Shown: positions 59,232-64,000 of the stretch, piece by piece | How the letters are laid out: each line of letters starts with the position of its first letter | Position numbering within the stretch: the first letter of the stretch is position 1 | Assembly: GCF_963921235.1 (NCBI RefSeq) | Contig: NC_086100.1 | Coordinates: 162,626,001 to 162,690,000 of the forward strand | Source: Mobula hypostoma | Taxonomy: Eukaryota | DNA: 64,000 nucleotides | Direction of reading: 5' to 3' | Translations under genes and position numbers: made by a program | Notes under the pieces: generated by a model | Told to the model about the DNA's origin: nothing | Seen by the model: the letters and a program-made list of their open reading frames with translations, nothing else | Databases searched by the model: none

Positions 59232-61059
59232 AGACTCATATACCAACATGGCCTTTGCACTAAATTGGTATCCGTCAACTCCTCTCCGCTCATTTGCCCT
59301 GCTGTTTTCCCAATCTGCCCATTTCCTTCAGCACCAACTAAAAGTGGTGTTCTGTGGAGAAAAACATAGCGAAGGCTCAGTGTAAATCTACAACTCAGTA
59401 GGCGTGGGAAAAAGAAAGATGGGGTCGCTGAACGGATGGTAATGAGTTAGCACTGGACAGAGTTGGTATAAGAAATATTTGAACAGGACAGTATCTTCCA
59501 CGATACCCCAGTGGGCTTCATAGCCAGTGAAGCAGCTTGGAGGAGGTGCAGCCTCTGCTGGAGTATAGGAAAGACAGCAGATCATGTGTGCACAAACAGC
59601 AAGACAATAGAGAAAGGAAGGATTTGTCATATGGTTTAATGGACCTCATTGCCTATTCAGATTTTTTTTAAGGCCTCAGCCAGTTTTCAATCCATAATTT
59701 CCATGTCCTCATTTTGTTAAGTGCCCAGAAAATTATTTACCTCAGTCTTCCATCTCAATGAGTATTCACTGTCCTGGAGTCATAAGGAGTAAAGTCCTAG
59801 TCTGCTCAACCTCAACTCAGGTCGCCATGTCCTGGCAACATTCTTGTAAATCTTCTTTGCACTTTTTCAAGCTTAATGACATCTTTTCTTTATCGGGGTA
59901 AGTAAAACTGCACACAGTACTCCAGATGTGGCCTCGCCAATGTCTTGTACAATTGCAAATTACAGTAATATCCCATCTCCTATATTTAATGCCCTGACCG
60001 ATAAGGTTTGAGATTGTTCATTATCTCTTTATGATTGAGCATACCCAGTTATCTTGGGTGAGGACATTAATAAAAAGTCTGTCACTGCATCAGAATTCTG
60101 TATTCTGACTTTTCCTTTTCAATCCTGATGAAGTGTCTTGACCTGAAGCCTCAGCAGTTTATTCCCCTATGTAGATGCTGCCTGACTTGCTGAGTTCCTC
60201 CAGCATTCTGTGTGTGTTGCTCAAGATTTCCAGCATCTGTAGATTCCTGTGTTTATAAGCTGCCTTGAATGTACACTACAGTTGTTCAAATATGTAACCC
60301 ATCTCCAAAGACACCTCAACCAGCTCTCTTCACATAAGGGGCATCTTTGCTTTGTTCTAACAATCAACAAGCCATGATGCAAGTAACATGTCAGGTGGGG
60401 TACGTTGCTCCTTATTTTTGTGGTTCTAGTTAAAAGTGAATTTGTTTGATGTTGGGCACTCACCCAATATATCTACTGCGCTCCTTGATAATTATATGGA
60501 TAAGAAAGATTCAGAGGGATATGGGGCAAATGCAGGCAGATGGACTAATTTCGATGGGAATCTTGTTTGTCATGGATCAGTTGAGCCAAAGGGCACGTTT
60601 CTGTGCTGTTTGGCTCTATGATAGAACAATAGGTATTTTAGCTATTTCATCTCTTGATGTGATCTTGGAGACCATGTGAGCACCAACATGAACTTGAGTT
60701 TATCTACTAATCTGTTTCTCATATACAAACTAGCATCACATCCATTCATCATTATTCCTGTGCTTCGTGATTTATACTATTTTCCCATTACACAATCTCA
60801 TTGTCAAATATCTCAGCCTCTGTCTTAAATAAAGGCCTTGATGTCCCTATTTCTGTCATGATCCATAATTCCAAACCCACCAGGGTATCTGTTCTCCTTC
60901 AATTCTGCCCTCTTGCTCAACCCTCCACCACTTTCTGGGTCACCTTCAGCTGTCAGATTACCGGGATTCCTTCAAGTCTCTCAGCTTCTCTATTTCCCTT
61001 TTTTTATGCTCCTTAAAACCTACTCTTCTGATCTTGTTTTTGGTCATTCTCAGTAACAA

Positions 61060-61325
61060 TTGCAATAAAGAAATTTACAGTACAGATGACCTGGGTTCAA
61101 TTCTCGCCTCTTCCCGTGAAGAGTTTGTACATTCTCCCCGTGACCATGTGGGTTTCCTCTGGGTGCTCCAGTCTACAGTCCGAAGACATGCCATTTGGTA
61201 GGTTAGTTGGTCATAGTAAATTGTCCCATGATTAGGCTAGTATTAAACAGGGGAATGGCTGGGTGGCATTGCTTGAAGGGCTGGAAGGACCCACTCCATG
61301 CTATATCTCAATAAGTGAATAAAAT
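61060..61325 (+). mobile_element. tRNA-derived V-SINE-like element
   Basis: B-box gggttcaattctc, V-domain tgggtttcctctgggtgctcc, and an A-rich tail. Confidence 0.75.
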
Positions 61326-61344
61326 AATAAAAATGTTCTGAGTT

Positions 61345-61825
61345 ATAGAGCTATACAGGACAAATACAGGCCCTTCAGCTCCACCAGTCCATTCTGACTA
61401 TGGTGCTCACCAGCTAGTTCCAATTCCTGCATTTAGCCAATATCCCCAATAGACCCATCAAGTGCTTCTAAAAGTGCTGCCTCAAACTCTTCCTCTTGCA
61501 ACTCATTCCATATACACACCACAGTCCGCATGAAAAGGTTTGCCCCTCAGGTCCCTTTTAAGCATTTTTCCTCTCACCTTAAACCTATACCCCCTAGTTT
61601 TAGACCCCCCCCCCACCCTGGCGAAAGGACTGTTAGGTTCCACATTACCCATGCCTCTGCTAATTTGAAACACTTATATAAGGTCACCGTTCATTCTCCT
61701 CAATTCCAAGGAATAACGATCTAAACTGGCTAACCTCGCCCTCTAACTGAGGCCTCTAGTCCTGGCGGAATTATCATAAATCTTTTCTGCACTCTTTCCA
61801 GTTTAACCACATTTTTGCTATAGAT
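61345..61825 (-). mobile_element. CR1 LINE 3' fragment
   Basis: Reverse complement of the CR1 ORF2 end and 3' UTR, similar to 14990-15808. Confidence 0.78.
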
Positions 61826-62499
61826 TTCTTACAGATGAGGTGAATTTATTTTTTAGGTTAGGTTATTGTCAAATACATCAGGGCACAATGAAATACTTTG
61901 TCCACATGAAGATCACAGAGTAAACTGTCTACATGTTAATATTAAATATAATGCTCCTTTATTTTTCCACTAAAACCTCTAACTGATATTCTTACATCTG
62001 AATCATAAATCTACTGTCTACTGTCTGTATGGGAAATAATAGGTTAACAGTGAACCCAAATTTTCACCTGATGAAGGGTGACAGCAACATAGCTTTTCCT
62101 GTTACGTCAGCTGTCAAACTGTGATATTTTCTGTTTACACATGTTGTTAAGGGGCTTCTTGTGCCTGTCTGCTGTCTGTTCCTCTGATATCTCTGGCACA
62201 GGACAGCTTGATGTCCCAGATGTTGTGATTGGCATGACAGCCAGCTTGCTCATCTGTGACAACCACCAGCATGACATCTGGAAGCAACACTTTGATTGTA
62301 CGATGCTCTCTCGGTGTGACGATGTATTTGGATAATAACCACTTGGCAGGCCATGATAAATTCACCAACGTAATGCTCCAGGCTGGTAGCGATGATCAAG
62401 CAAACCACTGTTCGTGATAGGAACATACATGTTGTGGATTCTCCAACCTGTACCTTCTTCATATGTGCTTTCCCTCTGAGAGACAAGGGATATGTCATG

Positions 62500-62705
62500 G
62501 TGCTGGAAATCTTGAGCAAGAAACAAAAATTGCTGGAGGAACTCAGTAGGTCAGGGAGCAACCATGGAGGGGAATTTAACCGTTAATGTTTCATGCTGAG
62601 GCCCTTCATCAGGACCAGTGAAGGGCCTCAGCCCAGAAAATCAACAGTGTCTTTCCATAGATGCTGCCTGACCTATTGAGTTCCTCCAGCGTTTTGCGTG
62701 TGTTG
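62500..62705. mobile_element. Older, diverged Penelope-derived palindrome
   Basis: gctggaggaactcagtaggtcagg...gctgaggcccttca on the left and tgaagggcctcagc...cctgacctattgagttcctccagc on the right. Same architecture as 52587-52860; no clear TSD. Confidence 0.8.
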
Positions 62706-63269
62706 AATAGGTTGTGAGATGGAATGCACTACCTTTACAAGATCCAATATGATATCCTTAAAAGATGCCAATAGCTAACCACAAAACTTAATTGAATCTA
62801 CTATTGATTTTGTCAAGTAAGCATAGTTGATGTTTTGACCTACTCCTTAATTTCTAACTTCCCAGTTACCCTAATGAGATTCAAATCCTGGATCAATGGT
62901 CCAGAGCTAGGCTTGCTAATCTAATAATTTAAACTAGATGACCAGTCATTGGACAATGCTAAAATTGGCTATTAGTTTGCCCTTGAAATATTTGAAATTT
63001 CACCCATAATGCCAGGCAAATTATGTGCTTCTTGTTTTAATTTGAACTTGTTTTAAATCACCTTGAAGCACAACGTTCCCCGAAAATGTGATGATGGGTT
63101 GCAAGATCATTTGAAGAATTTGCTTTACTCACTTCACTGAAAGGCATTTAGTACCACACAGTAGCATTATCAAAGATAGATGTGTAACCTCCTTCCAATT
63201 AAATGGTAGTTTGGATAATCCCACCCCCTCAACTCACTTTGTACTACCCTGAAGAATATTTCTCTTACT

Positions 63270-63710
63270 CACCTAGTCCCAATTTATCTCTGCAACACCA
63301 GTACGACAAGAGAAATCCATACCAACTAATTACCACTTATTCAGTCCACTCTCAATCATCTGCAAAGTAATTGCAAATGTCATCAACAAAGCCAGCAAGT
63401 AGTATATACCAATAACATGCTTATTGACACCCAGTCCAAGTTTCACCAATATTACTCTACCTCAGACTCTTATCCAAACATGGATAAAAGAGCTGAGGTA
63501 AGATTTATCGCCCCTAACATCACAGCAGCATGAGGGTGACTTCAAATAATCCCTGCTAAATGAGCACAAAAGGAGAGCTCTGCAATGGTCGGATTCACAC
63601 TTCAAAGTTATAGGGACTATTTTCACAAACCCAAGACAGTGCTGCAGAAGTTCCCAATGCAGTGCCATTTTCAGATAGTTGATCAATGACCTTTCTTCTA
63701 TCAAAAGGCA
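63270..63710 (+). mobile_element. Ancient CR1/L2-group LINE RT remnant
   Basis: Decayed KS.PTNY..S.LSII.KV and QTW.KEL-like motifs with many stops. Confidence 0.5.
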
Positions 63711-64000
63711 TAAATCAAACTGGATATACTCAGACAGCCAGGCAGCATGTGCAGAGCGTGAAATAGTTAGCAGTTCAGGTCGATGGCCTTTCGACAGAGG
63801 TTCTACAGAGGTAGTATTTCTTGAGGTGTTGAGTGATAGGCAGAAATTGGGCAGGTGAAAACTTTATTCCTTGGAGCATAGGAGACTGAGGGATAACCAT
63901 ATAATGGTGTATAAAATCAGGAGGAGATATTTCGAGGGTACCTGATGGCCAACATTTTTTGCACAGAGAGTGATACGTATATGGAATGAGCTGCCAGAGG

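Noticed and set aside
62100-62480. Possible decayed RTE-type LINE on the minus strand
   Set aside because: Only faint motif resemblance; too degraded to call by eye.

Overview
This is eukaryotic, AT-rich, repeat-saturated vertebrate DNA, apparently intronic or intergenic. I could not identify a host protein-coding gene. The repeat landscape (CR1 LINEs, Rex1/Babar LINEs, Penelope-like elements, V-SINE/HE1-type SINEs, Harbinger and hAT MITEs) points to a cartilaginous fish, probably a ray; this is inference. Nearly all ORFs in the track are decayed retroelement pieces or spurious. The standout is a structurally complete 1.76-kb Gypsy (Mag-like) LTR element at 39093-40850 (-), with LTRs, a tRNA-Leu PBS, a PPT and a GGAGG target-site duplication (TSD). 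Its protease-RT-RNaseH-integrase core is replaced by about 170 nt resembling the host gene RABEP1 (Rabaptin-5), fused in frame to the integrase C-terminal tail. This looks like LTR-mediated capture of a cellular mRNA. Also notable: (1) a near-perfect 111-bp-arm Penelope-derived palindrome carrying a minimal hammerhead motif on each strand, plus related fold-back mini-elements with 8-15 bp TSDs; (2) two young Rex1 copies nested in older Rex1 elements with templated junction filler, one creating a 728-codon chimeric RT ORF; (3) three non-coding retroposons with AAGATGGC-like heads and LINE-type tails. Boundaries of decayed repeats are approximate, and family or protein identifications come from recognition, not database searches.
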